Below are positions 27,787-42,461 of a stretch of DNA of 64,000 nucleotides, piece after piece. The position numbers were made by a program, and so were the translations under genes. This stretch comes from Eledone cirrhosa (lineage: Eukaryota). The stretch covers positions 26,536,001 through 26,600,000 of the forward strand of contig OZ024761.1 in assembly GCA_964016885.1 (NCBI GenBank), written 5' to 3'. The number at the start of each line of letters is the position of its first letter. The stretch's first letter is position 1. Under the pieces are notes generated by a model. The model was not told the DNA's origin. It was given only the letters and a program-made list of their open reading frames with translations, and did not search any database.

Positions 27787-28596
27787 ATATATATGTGTGT
27801 ATAATCAGATCGTACGCCACTCCATCACGTGCATATATCATAACACTTTGTGATTCTTTTGAAAAGCAAATCTGAGATAAAGACAAATTTTCTTTCTTCA
27901 AGGAATTATTTCCGGGATTATTCTACGTGAATTCTTCCCATTTTCTCAGTGCAGCGCTCGCAGTTTCATGGACAATAGCAACAGCGGATTTAAAGTTAGA
28001 CTAGATTCTTCTTCTTTTTCTTCATCTTCGTCCCTTTCTTTAGACGTTTAGAGTTCATTGTCGTTCAAATTATGTTCTATCAGAGCCGCCATTTTTTCGT
28101 TTGTTTTTCATGCTAACATTTTCATAAAGCTATCCTACAGATGAAAGTTCTCGAAAAGGTAACTCTAATTATATAATTTGTATAGCGAGATAAAGGCAAC
28201 TCTCTTTTAGTCGAGAATATCCCCAAAATAACTCTTTCACACTAATACTCGATGCATTATAATCGTGAATAGCTAATTTTATTCCGAACAGTTCAGGAGA
28301 GCTTCCATTTTTGAAAATTTCCAACTTTACACACAATATATATAATGGCGCCGTTTAATCAAACTTAATATCGAAACTAGTGAAACACATTAACAGCGGA
28401 TAGAGACCATTCAGTGAGATTTTGATCTTTGTAGCCTCCGCATAAATCAAAGAACATATATGCAAGAAAACGAACACAATTCTATACGATCGTTTCAATG
28501 CTACCTTGGTTCATACCTTCTTTTTCTTTTCTTTTCTTTTTCTTTTTCTTTTTCTTTTTCCTTTTCCTTTTCTTTGTCACTTTCAAATGCATATAT

Positions 28597-28649
<53 letters not shown>

Positions 28650-29187
28650 TATATATATATATATATAAGTATATATATATATATAAGTATATATATATAT
28701 ATTATATGTATGTATATATATATGTATCTATATATATATATATTATATGTATGTATATATATATGTATCTATATATATATATATTATATGTATGCATATA
28801 TATATGTATCTATATATATATATATTATATGTATGCATATATATATGTATCTATCTATCTATATATATATGTATGTATATATATATGTATGTATATATAT
28901 ATGTATGTATATATATATGTATGTATATATATATGTATCTATCTATCTATATATATATGTATGTATATATATATGTATCTATCTATCTATATATATATGT
29001 ATGTATATATATATGTATCTATCTATATATATATATATGTATCTATCTATATATATATATATGTATCTATCTATATATATATATATGTATCTATCTATAT
29101 ATATGTATGTATCTATCTCTCTATATATATGGATGTATATACATAGATATATGTATGTACATAGATATATGTATGTGCATATATATA

Positions 29188-29224
<37 letters not shown>

Positions 29225-29290
29225 CCACGTAAATATACATAAAAATATACGCACACATAGACACACTTTCAATGAGACACATGAATATAA

Positions 29291-29362
<72 letters not shown>

Positions 29363-29687
29363 ATATATATATGTCTGTGTGTGTATGTATTGCCACACAC
29401 TGCTGGGTAGCTCTTATCCTCTCTACTTCCGCATGCGGAACAGACCAATTGTATACATTTGAATTGACTTTCATTTCCATCAATGCTACTGCAAATAGAT
29501 GTAATATATGATATCAAAGTATATATAGATATATGTACAGAGACATTCACACATAGACACACACACGCACACACGCACACACACATACACACACCACACA
29601 CACGCATATATATATATATATATCAAAGCACATATGGATAAATATAGGCGATCACACGCACTCGTGTTCATAAACGCAGACATATAT

Positions 29688-29735
<48 letters not shown>

Positions 29736-29794
29736 CCATATAGTGGTATATGTACACACATGCACACACGCATATATATATGTATATACCTTTC

Positions 29795-29848
<54 letters not shown>

Positions 29849-29907
29849 GAAAGGTATAGAAAGTATTTTAGCAAGAAGCCAACAGTATTCCATAATATAT
29901 ATATATA

Positions 29908-29952
<45 letters not shown>

Positions 29953-29972
29953 CATATATCTAATATCAATGC

Positions 29973-30006
<34 letters not shown>

Positions 30007-30028
30007 GTCTGTGTATGGATATGTAAAA

Positions 30029-30084
<56 letters not shown>

Positions 30085-30337
30085 GTCTAACGACACAGAC
30101 AGAAACACATATAAACTATATTCTACATTACACAGACAACTAAGGTTCGCATCTATAAACATTCCTGCTCGTTTATATTACATATATATATACATGTCGG
30201 TTTACTACAGAAAGCTTTGACAGACACAACTTGTGTTCCTATTCAAATATAGATATAGCGAATGCAACGTCGCTTATGTACAGTCATCTACTCTTGCTAA
30301 TAAGATTCTTGTTCACATATCGGAGATACATATGTAA

Positions 30338-30381
<44 letters not shown>

Positions 30382-30520
30382 ATACTTTGGGAGGGTCATG
30401 TTGCCAATAAGAAACACACGCACCAGTTGCTTTCACTTCAATTTAATTTATTGTATATTTATAAATTTACAAATTTATAAATTTCTGGTTGGTTGGTTGG
30501 TTCCACAACAAATTCAGAAA

Positions 30521-30584
<64 letters not shown>

Positions 30585-30609
30585 ATAGAGGTGCAACACA
30601 CGAGTTATG

Positions 30610-30987
30610 ATATATTGGTAAACGGAAAAGAAAATGGTGACAAATTGTTCACAGTGAAAAATAGTTTAATTAGGAATAAGTGAAAATTAGTAATGATATT
30701 GCTTAGTATTCAGTTTTGGTTTTAAGTTTTACCGGTTGCGCATTTCTAATGCTTTTCAAAAATAATTTTGAGATAGAGCCCCGTGTGGTTTGCTCTAATC
30801 TGAACAAACCACACGGGGCTCTATCTCAAAATTATTTTTGAAAAGCATTAGAAATGCGCAACCAGAAAAGCTTAAAAGCAAAACTGAATACTAACCAATA
30901 CTATTACTAATTTTCACTTATTCCTAATTAAACTATTTTTCACTGTGAACAATTTGTCACCATTTTCTTTTCCGTTTACCAATATAT
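30610..30987. mobile_element. ~180-bp fold-back of a PLE-like fragment
   Basis: 30610-30792 is the reverse complement of 30805-30987, with a 12-nt spacer. HHR-like TTGAAAA-gcat-tagaa-atgc-GCA-ACCGGT-A on the minus strand at ~30727-30762. Confidence 0.8.
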
Positions 30988-31011
30988 ATATATATATAAA
31001 TATATATATAT

Positions 31012-31214
31012 ATAGGAACGAGTAGGACCCCGACGGCTGAGCTCAAGCCGTTTCGACCGCTAATTCTGGACTAAAATTTAGTCCAGAATTAGCCGTCGAA
31101 ACGGCTTGAGCTCAACCGTCGGGGTCCTACTCGTTCCTATTACCCACTCTACTACCCTAAATATTGAGTACTTTGGTGTGTTATGGTCCATCTGGTTCCT
31201 TACCACATTTCCTT

Positions 31215-31217
<3 letters not shown>
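31012..31217 (+). mobile_element. PLE-like family P1 fragment with 5' palindrome
   Basis: Palindrome 31012-31140 centred at 31076; HHR 3' half GAA-acgg...ccgt-C. Other copies at 13161-13246, ~24090-24265(-), 41910-42093 and 55945-56133(-). Confidence 0.85.
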
Positions 31218-31263
<46 letters not shown>

Positions 31264-31522
31264 TGTGTATGTATGTATAAGTATGTGTGTGTCTGTGTGT
31301 CTATATATATGTGAGTGTATATATAGTGTATATATATATATGTGTATATGATATATGTATATTTGATATATATATGTAGTATGTATATATATATATATAT
31401 ATAACATATATCTGATACTAATGCAGAGTTTTTAAAACATTTAATCACTTACAGTCGTTTCATCCGAGCACAAGGACGGATTCATATATATTATATATTT
31501 ATATATATTTAATATATATGTG

Positions 31523-31600
<78 letters not shown>

Positions 31601-31984
31601 ATATTAAACGTTAGTATAGTCTATCCATGCTTTAGTTCACAATATTCTACAATACATATAAAGCTAAATATTGACATAGTGTCATACAGACACAACTTTT
31701 GAAGAAAATCATAAAATAAGTCGCTTCCATATTCCTTGGTTATATTTAGAAATATCTATCAATTATTGTATAACCATGAACTCTGCAGTAGATATTGGAA
31801 AAAGCGTTACTGATTAGAAAACTAATTCAATTAGAATAATTATACAAATTAGTAGAATATTTTTCAAAATAAATAAATAAAGAGTTGAATGTATAATTAT
31901 GTTTTTCAGATACTTTTTTTTTAAGAACGTAAAGTAAAACAGTTTATTTCAGTTAAAATGTTTCTGTTTATTTGTTTATGAATG

Positions 31985-32036
<52 letters not shown>

Positions 32037-32245
32037 TAAATTAGCCAGAATCGTATTTCGGCTTAGGAATTAACGAAAAACAACTTCCGGTATGTGTGGC
32101 AAGCGCTCAATGATTCAGATGAACCAGAGCTACAACATACGTTAAAGGCCAAACACACTGAGACGATGGTTAAACAATCATCCACACAGCCAAAGAAACG
32201 ACCAAGTAACTCGGGTCATACAATAAAAATGAGTGTGTGTGAATG

Positions 32246-32278
<33 letters not shown>

Positions 32279-32379
32279 ATATATGTGTGTTTGTGAGTAT
32301 ATATATATATATGTTTGTGTGTGAGTATGTATATATATATATATATGTGTGTGTGTGTATGTATATATATGTGTGTGTG

Positions 32380-32410
<31 letters not shown>

Positions 32411-32620
32411 ATATATATATATATGTCTGAGTGTGTATGTATATATACATATATGTGTGTGTGTATATATGTATATATACATATATGTGTGTGTATGTAT
32501 ATATATGTGTGTGTATATATATATATATATATATGTCTGAGTGTGTATGTATATATACATATATGTGTGTATGTATATATACAAATATGTGTGTGTGTAT
32601 ATATATATATATGTGTGTGT

Positions 32621-32651
<31 letters not shown>

Positions 32652-32737
32652 TATGTGTATATATACATGTGTGTGTATGTGTATGTATATGTGTGTTTGT
32701 ATATATGTGTGTGTCTATATATATGTGTGTGTATGTT

Positions 32738-32826
<89 letters not shown>

Positions 32827-32942
32827 CAGCGGGGTCACAGCGTCTGACACAAGCCAAACGCTGTCCAGAAAAACAAAACCATAATTCATATCAAATAAGC
32901 TGTATCAAATACACATTGAATTTATGTGACGGCATATTTATG

Positions 32943-32984
<42 letters not shown>

Positions 32985-33285
32985 TATTTACGTATCGAGA
33001 GTGAGAAAAAAGGGGAGGATAGGTGATAGATATAGTTATTTGCCAAGTAGCGTATGCCAAAGCTGCTCGATACTAGTGCCGGCAGTATTAAATATTCGAA
33101 GTGTTAATATTTAGTGGGCTAGCGAGTTAGCAGAGCGGAAGCACGTGGGAAAGTAAGAAATCGGAGAATAGACTGGTGCTGTTTTAAATAAACATGCTTT
33201 AACGGTCTATTCTCCGATTTCTTACTTTCCTACGTATATATATATATATAATATAAGATCAAAAGATGGTTAAAAGAGTTCCAAG

Positions 33286-33356
33286 TATTTTATTATGAGC
33301 ATTTCAAAAACAAATATCATCATGGGATGATATCTGCGTTCTCATCAGATAAAATA
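33286..33356 (-). ncRNA. Hammerhead ribozyme
   Basis: Minus strand: tattttat-CTGATGA-gaacgcagatatcatc...gatgatatttgttttt-GAA-ATGCTCAT-A-ataaaata. The paralog at 57100 has the perfect palindrome ATGCGCAT. Confidence 0.75.
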
Positions 33357-33633
33357 GGGAGACATGGTATGAAGCCTAAAAAACACTTGTGAGCAGTGAA
33401 GTTTGTAATCAACATATGAAAAATAAAATAAGATGGATGTATGGGATTGGGAAAAAGTTGCGGGGGGGGGGGGGCGATAAGGAAGAGGAAGAAATAAGAT
33501 AATAAAATACCTGGAATTCTTTCAACAATCTTTTGATCTTATATTATTTATACTCCAGTCCTACAAACTGCAGAGTGCTACTTATCCAATATCTGCAGTG
33601 CTTTATTGTGCTACAATAAAACTCACCTCCTAC

Positions 33634-33685
<52 letters not shown>

Positions 33686-34904
33686 AATTTTAGTACAGCA
33701 TCAACGAAGCTTTTGGCTGCAGCCAAGCTAATGAATGCAGGTTCCGTGTGCAGCTAAGCACTCAATGGAGAATATTACCCCAGAGTTGTAACATTACGTT
33801 TAGACAGCTTTGCAAATCAGATACAGCGACCGATAGTCGGACCGCATTGCCATAGCGACGAAAAAATTGAACGCAGGAAAAATGTTATATATATATATAT
33901 ATAGTTATATTAATAAGGTAATGAATTCTTTTACAATGGAATTAGCTCGAAGGAGGAAAATACCCCTGAGCCGTGTATAAACAAATATATATGTGATGAA
34001 ACACAGATACCAACACATCTGTATATATATTGCAAAAGAAAATTTAGCCAGATTGAAGTATACTAATTATTATACTACAGTTTGTCCATATCGATTTAAA
34101 ATAATAAAACAACAAAGACGAACTGCATTGCCAAAAGGCTATGATGTTTAGACACATTTAAATTTCAAAATCAAACCTGTTCTGTAGATAAGTTTAAACT
34201 TTAAAATCCAAATATGTTTCGAGATAAATAAGTGTAGGAATATCATGTCCTGCTCTCCTCAGTAAACATCCAGGGACAAATTGATATGCTTCACTTCTAA
34301 ATAATTTAAAAGACTGTGTGACGCACATGGTTTAACAGTATCTGGCTAGTCTCATAACCGTACTGCTAGAAATAACAGTCGTATATATGAGGCGGCTTTC
34401 AGCTCAGACTAGGAGCAGTTATATTAATAAGGTAATTTTCTTTTGCAATATATATACAGATGTGTTGGTATCTGTGTTTCATCACATATATATTAGTTTA
34501 TATATATTTATATTAATATTGTTAGTTACGTGTTACCATCTAAAAACATTATATCTGTATGTTTGTCACATAAATGTTAGAAAGATTGTGTCACTATTTA
34601 CTGTTGTGCATATGCAGGTGTGTTTGTGTGTGTGTGTGTTAGGGTGTGTGTTTGTGTGTGTGTGTTTGTGTATATGCCTGTATGTATGTATGCGTGTGTG
34701 TGTATGCATGCGCGTGTGTGCGTGTGTGTGTGTTAATCTGTGTATGAGTATGTGTGGTTATGTGAGTCTGTGTGTACGAGAGAGATATAACAGGATCCAT
34801 GTTTAGGTAAATTTCAACATGCAATGTTGAATGTTTTATTCTAGAATGTATGCAGGGAATGTGATTAGATCTTGGATAATCATGTTAAGTTAAATAAATT
34901 ATGA

Positions 34905-35380
34905 GAGTGCAAAACACAAAACACAACACAACACTTACAGCAATACACACAACACAACACACATACGACAAAACACACAACACACATACGGCAAAATACA
35001 CAACACAACACGCATACGACAAAACACACGACACAACACACATGCGACAATACACACACGGAAACACAACACAACACACATGCGACAATACACACAACAC
35101 AAGTAAACACAACACAAAACACACATACACAACACAAAACTCACATACACAACACAAAACATACAAGGAAACACAACACAACGCACACAAGGAAACAGAA
35201 CACATACAACAAAACACACAAGGAAACAACACAAAAGCACAACACAACACAGACGCTGCAGATCTCACAAAAACAAAAACGTATAAAACACACAAACTGT
35301 AAAATACACATTTAAACACAACACAGGATATACAACAATACATCACAACACAACACAACACAACACAACGAAACACAGCT
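34905..35380. repeat. ACACA-rich simple repeat
   Basis: Direct inspection. Confidence 0.85.
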
Positions 35381-35561
35381 TAAAAGACAGAACATTTAAT
35401 GATTAATAAAGTATATATATTGTTATACTTTGGGAGGGTCACGCTGCCAATAAAAACACACGCACCTGTTGGGTTTCACTTCAATTTATTATAGATTTCC
35501 ATTTGGCTGGATGGTTGGTTCGATAACCGGATGGATGTTTATATATTGTTGTTTATATATT

Positions 35562-35604
35562 GTCAAAGCTCTTTCGTCACACATTCTGTGACCTCCTCAA
35601 TGAC
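35562..35604 (-). ncRNA. Hammerhead-like motif (C3U)
   Basis: Minus strand: gtca-TTGAGGA-g-gtcac-agaatgt-gtgac-GAA-agagct-t-tgac. Lies in a family also at 30376-30505, 45520-45655 and 52511-53012. Confidence 0.6.
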
Positions 35605-35913
35605 TAAGTTTTGTATGCTGTGTTTCTCCTCATGTTCTGTCATACACCATCTTGTTTTTCTTGTTCTGTCATACACCATCTTGTTTTTCTTGTTCTGTCA
35701 TACACCATCTTGTTTTTGACAATATATAAACAACCATCCGGTTATCGAACCAACCAACCAACCAACCAAACGGAAATTTATAATAAATTGAAGTGAAAAC
35801 CGATAGGAGTGGATGTTTTTATTGGCGGCATGACCCCCGCAAAAGTATAACAATATCTGTTTCAACACACGTTTTCAGATAAGGAATCTAGCAAAACAAA
35901 TTCAAAAGCGAAA

Positions 35914-35951
<38 letters not shown>

Positions 35952-35992
35952 GATATATTAACAAATGGAAACTATATTTATAAAACCATATT

Positions 35993-36057
35993 TATTTCAT
36001 TATACATATTTCAAGGACACCAAGTTAAATTATGGTGTGCTTTCATCAGATAAAATA
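35993..36057 (-). ncRNA. Hammerhead ribozyme (second copy at 61608-61672)
   Basis: Minus strand: tattttat-CTGATGA-aagcacacca-taatttaact-tggtgtcctt-GAA-ATATGTAT-A-atgaaata. Confidence 0.8.
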
Positions 36058-36224
36058 TAATATAGAGGAGTTTTATAAATAAATATTGACATACCCTTAA
36101 AGAGTGCGACCATTTCTGTTGGAAGCTCCCGGATAGTGGGGTTATAAATTTATTTATACTATTATGCAAATTAGTGTCGGATATTTTTAAATCACAGTAG
36201 ATTTAAATAAGCCGTTGGGTTATG

Positions 36225-36266
<42 letters not shown>

Positions 36267-36515
36267 AAAGTTAAACAAGGTTCAATGCATACACCAAAGA
36301 ATGAGTTTTACAATAGATTGGAAGCACTCAACAGTGAAAGGCTTTCCACAGTTATTAATATTAATTCAAAATATTAACAAAATAGATATTCTTGTGATCA
36401 ATTATATGTTATTATACATATTTCAGAGGTACTGAGTTAAGTTCAACAGTACGTCCTGATCTGCCATGACTAAATCTTAACCATCTAATATGTCAAGGTG
36501 TGTCATGTATCATTT

Positions 36516-36582
36516 TATTTTATCTGATGAGGACGTACTGTTGAACTTAACTCAGTACCTCTGAAATATGTATAATAAAATA
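36516..36582 (+). ncRNA. Hammerhead ribozyme
   Basis: tattttat-CTGATGA-ggacgtactg-ttgaacttaact-cagtacctct-GAA-ATATGTAT-A-ataaaata. Lies within the inverted repeat 36356-36461 / 36526-36631. Confidence 0.85.
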
Positions 36583-36952
36583 TAATTGATCACAAGAATA
36601 TCTATTTTGTTAATATTTTGAATTAATATTATATATATATAATATAGAAATGGCGTCTACAGGACTAGAACTGTTTCATTCGGGGGAAATCATCAGGAAA
36701 GCTTAACTAATGATTTATCCCGCATAAAACATTTCTATATTAACTATTTATACTCTGGTATGTATTGAGTGCCTTTCTTCCTGTGGTTATTCACGATTGA
36801 ACCCGGGATAAACGTATATATATATATATATATATATTAATAAAAGGAATTCCAGCTTTGTCTGATTTACTCGTTTTATTTACAATCCTTTAAAATTTAT
36901 AATGGTATTATAATGAAATAGTATGATAGAATATTAAATATTAAGTGTTAAT

Positions 36953-36991
36953 TGAACAAGTACTTTCATGCTTTCGCAATCTTCAGGTTCA
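36953..36991 (-). ncRNA. Minimal hammerhead identical to 42462-42500
   Basis: Part of a ~190-bp repeat, 36836-37024 = rc of 42427-42617. Confidence 0.85.
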
Positions 36992-37164
36992 TAATGTGTG
37001 GTGACAGTCAAGTTTGCAATTTTCATATATATATATATGAAATAAAATTTCAGATTTAAATGCTAAGATGAATATATTATCAAAACGAGTATTACGTCTG
37101 TTTGTTTGCATTAATATTCAATAATTAGCATTGTTTATGCAAATAATGTGCTGCATAAACTCGT

Positions 37165-37237
<73 letters not shown>

Positions 37238-37500
37238 ATATATATATATACACACACACACATATATATATATACACACATATATATATATACACATATA
37301 TATATATATATATACACACACATACACATATATATATATATATACACACACTTATATATATATATACACACATATATATATACACACAAGCACATATATA
37401 TATACACACACACATATATATATACACACATACACATATATATATATATACACACATACACTATATATATATACACATACACATATATATATATACACAC

Positions 37501-37539
<39 letters not shown>

Positions 37540-37568
37540 CACATATATATATATATATACACACAGAT

Positions 37569-37630
<62 letters not shown>

Positions 37631-38077
37631 CATACACACACATACATATATAACTGGTTGGATGCGCTTTTGTTTACAGGAAAGTCTCTATGCATTTATG
37701 CGTAATTACTCCGGAAATTTTAAGTACACCAACAACTGCAAAAATAATCACGTATCGATTGTTCTGTCTTAAAATTTCTGGGAGACTAAGAAATTTTCGT
37801 CTCAGTCAAATTCTGATGTAATGTTTCGAAGAATTAAGTCGCATGGAATTGGTTTTTTATCATTTTTACTATTATATTTTAACTAGAATTTATTTTCCAT
37901 ACGCTGACGCGTATGTGTGTGTGCATATGCATACATTTGTATGTATGAGTATATAAATATAAAGGTTCAAAAATAGACAGACTTACAAATATATACATTC
38001 ACACAAATACATACATTCATTCACACAAATATTCACACAAATTTGCACAAAACACATCTATAAAAGCACGCACATAT

Positions 38078-38109
<32 letters not shown>

Positions 38110-38129
38110 CTTAACTTTTCCTCATCCTC

Positions 38130-40460
38130 TTCCTTCCTTCTACACACATACATTCACACAAACACACACATACATTCACACAAACACACACATATATTCA
38201 CACAAGCATATACAAATGCATCTATACAAACACACACAGCCTAGCTCTTTCACCATCCCCGTCCTTCCTTCTACACACATACATTCACATAAACACACAC
38301 ATACATTCACACAAACACACACATACATTCACACAAGCACACACATATATTCACACAAACACACACATATATTCACACAAACACACACATATATTCACAC
38401 AAACACACACATATATTCACACAAACACACACATATATTCACACAAACACACACATATATTCACACAAACACACACATACATTCACACAAACACACACAT
38501 ACATTCATACAAACACACACATATATTCACACAAGCACATATAAATGCATCTATACAAACACACACAGCCTAGCTATTTCACCATCCCTGCCCTTCCTTC
38601 TACACACATACATTCACACAAACACACACATACATTCACACAAACACACACATATATTCACACAAACACACACATATATTCACACAAACACACACATACA
38701 TTCATACAAACACACACATATATTCACACAAGCACATACAAATGCATCTATACAAACACACACAGCCTAGCTATTTCACCATCCCCTTCCTTCCTTCTAC
38801 ACACATACATTCACACAAACACACACATACATTCACACAAACACACACATACATTCACACAAACACACACATACATTCACACAAACACACACATATATTC
38901 ACACAAGCACATACAAATGCATCTATACAAACACACACAGCCTAGCTATTTCACCATCCCTGCCCTTCCTTCTACACACATACATTCACACAAACACACA
39001 CATACATTCACACAAACACACACATACATTCACACAAACACACACATATATTCACACAAGCACATACAAATGCATCTATACAAACACACACAGCCTAGCT
39101 ATTTCACCATCCCTGCCCTTCCTTCTACACACATACATTCACACAAACACACACATACATTCACACAAACACACACATACATTCACACAAACACACACAT
39201 ATATTCACACAAGCACATACAAATGCATCTATACAAACACACACAGCCTAGCTCTTACACCATCCCCGTCCTTCCTTCTACACACATACATTCACACAAA
39301 CACACACATACATTCACACAAACACACACATACATTCACACAAACACACACATACATTCACACAAACACACACATATATTCACACAAACACACACATACA
39401 TTCACACAAACACACACATACATTCACACAAACACACACATACATTCACACAAACACACACATATATTCACACAAACACACACATACATTCACACAAACA
39501 CACACATACATTCACACAAACACACACATACATTCACACAAACACACACATATATTCACACAAGCACATACAAATGCATCTATACAAACACACACAGCCT
39601 AGCTCTTTCACCATCCCCGTCCTTCCTTCTACACACATACATTCACACAAACACACACATACATTCACACAAACACACACATACATTCACACAAACACAC
39701 ACATATATTCACACAAACACACACATATATTCACACAAGCACATACAAATGCATCTATACAAACACACACAGCCTAGCTCTTACACCATCCCCGTCCTTC
39801 CTTCTACACACATACATTCACACAAACACACACATACATTCACACAAACACACACATATATTCACACAAGCACATATAAATGCATCTATACAAACACACA
39901 CAGCCTAGCTATTTCACCATCCCGTTCCTTCCTTCTACACACATACATTCACATAAACACACACATACATTCATACAAACACACACATACATTCACACAA
40001 ACACACACATATATTCACACAAGCACACATAAATGCATCTATACAAACACACACAGCCTAGCTATTTCACCATCCCCTTCCTTCCTTCTACACACATACA
40101 TTCACACAAACACACACATACATTCACACAAACACACACATACATTCACACAAACACACACATATATTCACACAAGCACACATAAATGCATCTATAGAAA
40201 CACACACAGCCTAGCTATTTCACCATCCCCTTCCTTCCTTCTACACACATACATTCACACAAACACACACATACATTCACACAAACACACACATATATTC
40301 ACACAAGCACATACAAATGCATCTATACAAACACACACAGCCTAGCTATTTCACCATCCCTGCCCTTCCTTCTACACACATACATTCACACAAACACAAA
40401 CAAATATATTTATACAAACACATACATACACATACACTCACACAGCTTAGCTTTTTTCAC
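38130..40460. repeat. Compound satellite: constant anchor plus a variable number of 22-bp acacacacatacattcacacaa units
   Basis: About 12 anchors aatgcatctatacaaacacacacagcctagct...ccttccttct. Confidence 0.9.
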
Positions 40461-40797
40461 CATCCCCTTCCCTTTACATACACATACATTCACGCAGGAA
40501 GCAGACGCTCAGAGGGGGAAGTAGTATGAGGTAGTCAAGTTTTTCCTCTCTCTTTACGTGTTATGACAAAATCGCAGAAATTTATATATAGATTCTTCTA
40601 GAAAAACTCCAGCCTAAATAATATTTCGCGATATTTTCTGGGAATAATGGAAGACTTATGTTGTTGTTGTTTTCTTGCTGCGTTTTGGTTGTTTTCATGT
40701 GTTTTTATTTTTGCTTTATTTTGTGATTTTTGTAAAAGGAGGATTTGGTTGTTTGCGGGGGAGTATATTTCTTTATACATGTATGTGTATGTATAAT

Positions 40798-40938
<141 letters not shown>

Positions 40939-41710
40939 CTGTTTATTTTATGTTGCTCCTATTAATTTAATTTGATGCTTATATAATTTTATCAATGGTA
41001 AATATCTTACATATATATATATACCCATGGGCATGCATACATTGTTCCAATCATTTGGAATTTTGCATTTGAAGAGAAGAAAATGAAAGAATAATTCAAA
41101 GAATGCAATCCCCCCCCCCCCCAAAAAAAAATAATAATAAAAATAATAATTTCAAAAATTTTATTAAAATTTTATTAAATAAATAAATAAGTAGACAAAA
41201 GTCTTTAATTCTGAAAGTTAGGAATAAATATTTGGAAGATATTACCCCGAAAAAAAAACGCCAGTATAACAATGAACTGAAATTACACGTGTATATAAAA
41301 AATATATAACATTATAGATAAGACTTAATAGTATATGTTCGACCCCGGATATGGTAATTCCTTGGAGCACACTGATTAAAATTATATTCACTCGTTCATG
41401 ATGGCGGTTTTTTTTTAGGGATCTTTGGGGTTTGGGGGTCTTGTGTTTGTAGTTTTTGTTTGTTGCTTTTTTATTGTTGTTGTTTTTTGTTTTTTTTTAT
41501 TTGGGGGGGGGGGGGGGCTTGTACAATAATCGGATGATCCACGTTGTAAGAACGACATCTTTAATAGGAAAAGATTGTGTTTGAAGATGAAGAAAGAAAA
41601 AGGGGGAGATAGAAGGTGGTAGAGGGATAATGATTGAGAGGGAGAGAGAGGGAGAGGGAGAGTGTGAGAGAAAGGGTGAGTGATAGGGAGTGAGGATGAG
41701 AGAGATATAG

Positions 41711-41748
<38 letters not shown>

Positions 41749-41859
41749 GGGAGAATAATCGAGAGAGAGAGGTTGAACGAGAGTGAGAGGGAAAGACAAA
41801 GACAGAAAGAGAGAACGACAGAGGTTGAAGAGAAAACATTCCATGGTGTGTTATTGGTG

Positions 41860-41913
<54 letters not shown>

Positions 41914-42091
41914 GTATGACCCCGACGGCAAAGCTCAAGCCGTTTCGACGCCTATTTCTGGACATAGCCGTCGAAACGGCTTGAGCTCTGTCGTCGGAGT
42001 CATACCTTTCCCTATTACCCACTCTACTACCCTAAGTATTGAGTACTCTGGTCCGTTATGGTCCATCTGGTTCCTTACCACAATTTCTTCG

Positions 42092-42158
<67 letters not shown>

Positions 42159-42461
42159 CAATACATAAACAGAGAAAGCCTTAAGCGATACTCCGACCAA
42201 TTCCATGCTATTTTCATCATTTCTAAAATAGCAAAACAATTGATGCTTTGGATATGATTAATTAATGGTCGTTAGACATGCTCAACCAGCCGTGACGCTT
42301 AAACAAATCAGCTTTAGTAATTCAGTGAAACTACACACCGATTGGTCGAAATACAGTTTGCAAGATTTAGCATTCTGGAGCCACTTTTCACTATATAAGG
42401 AACAAAATTTACCCATCTCATTACAGTTGAAAATTGCAAACTTGACTGTCACCACATATTA

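Noticed and set aside
38130-40460. Repeat-spacer array or 410-aa ORF
   Set aside because: The apparent spacers are just multiples of one 22-bp unit.
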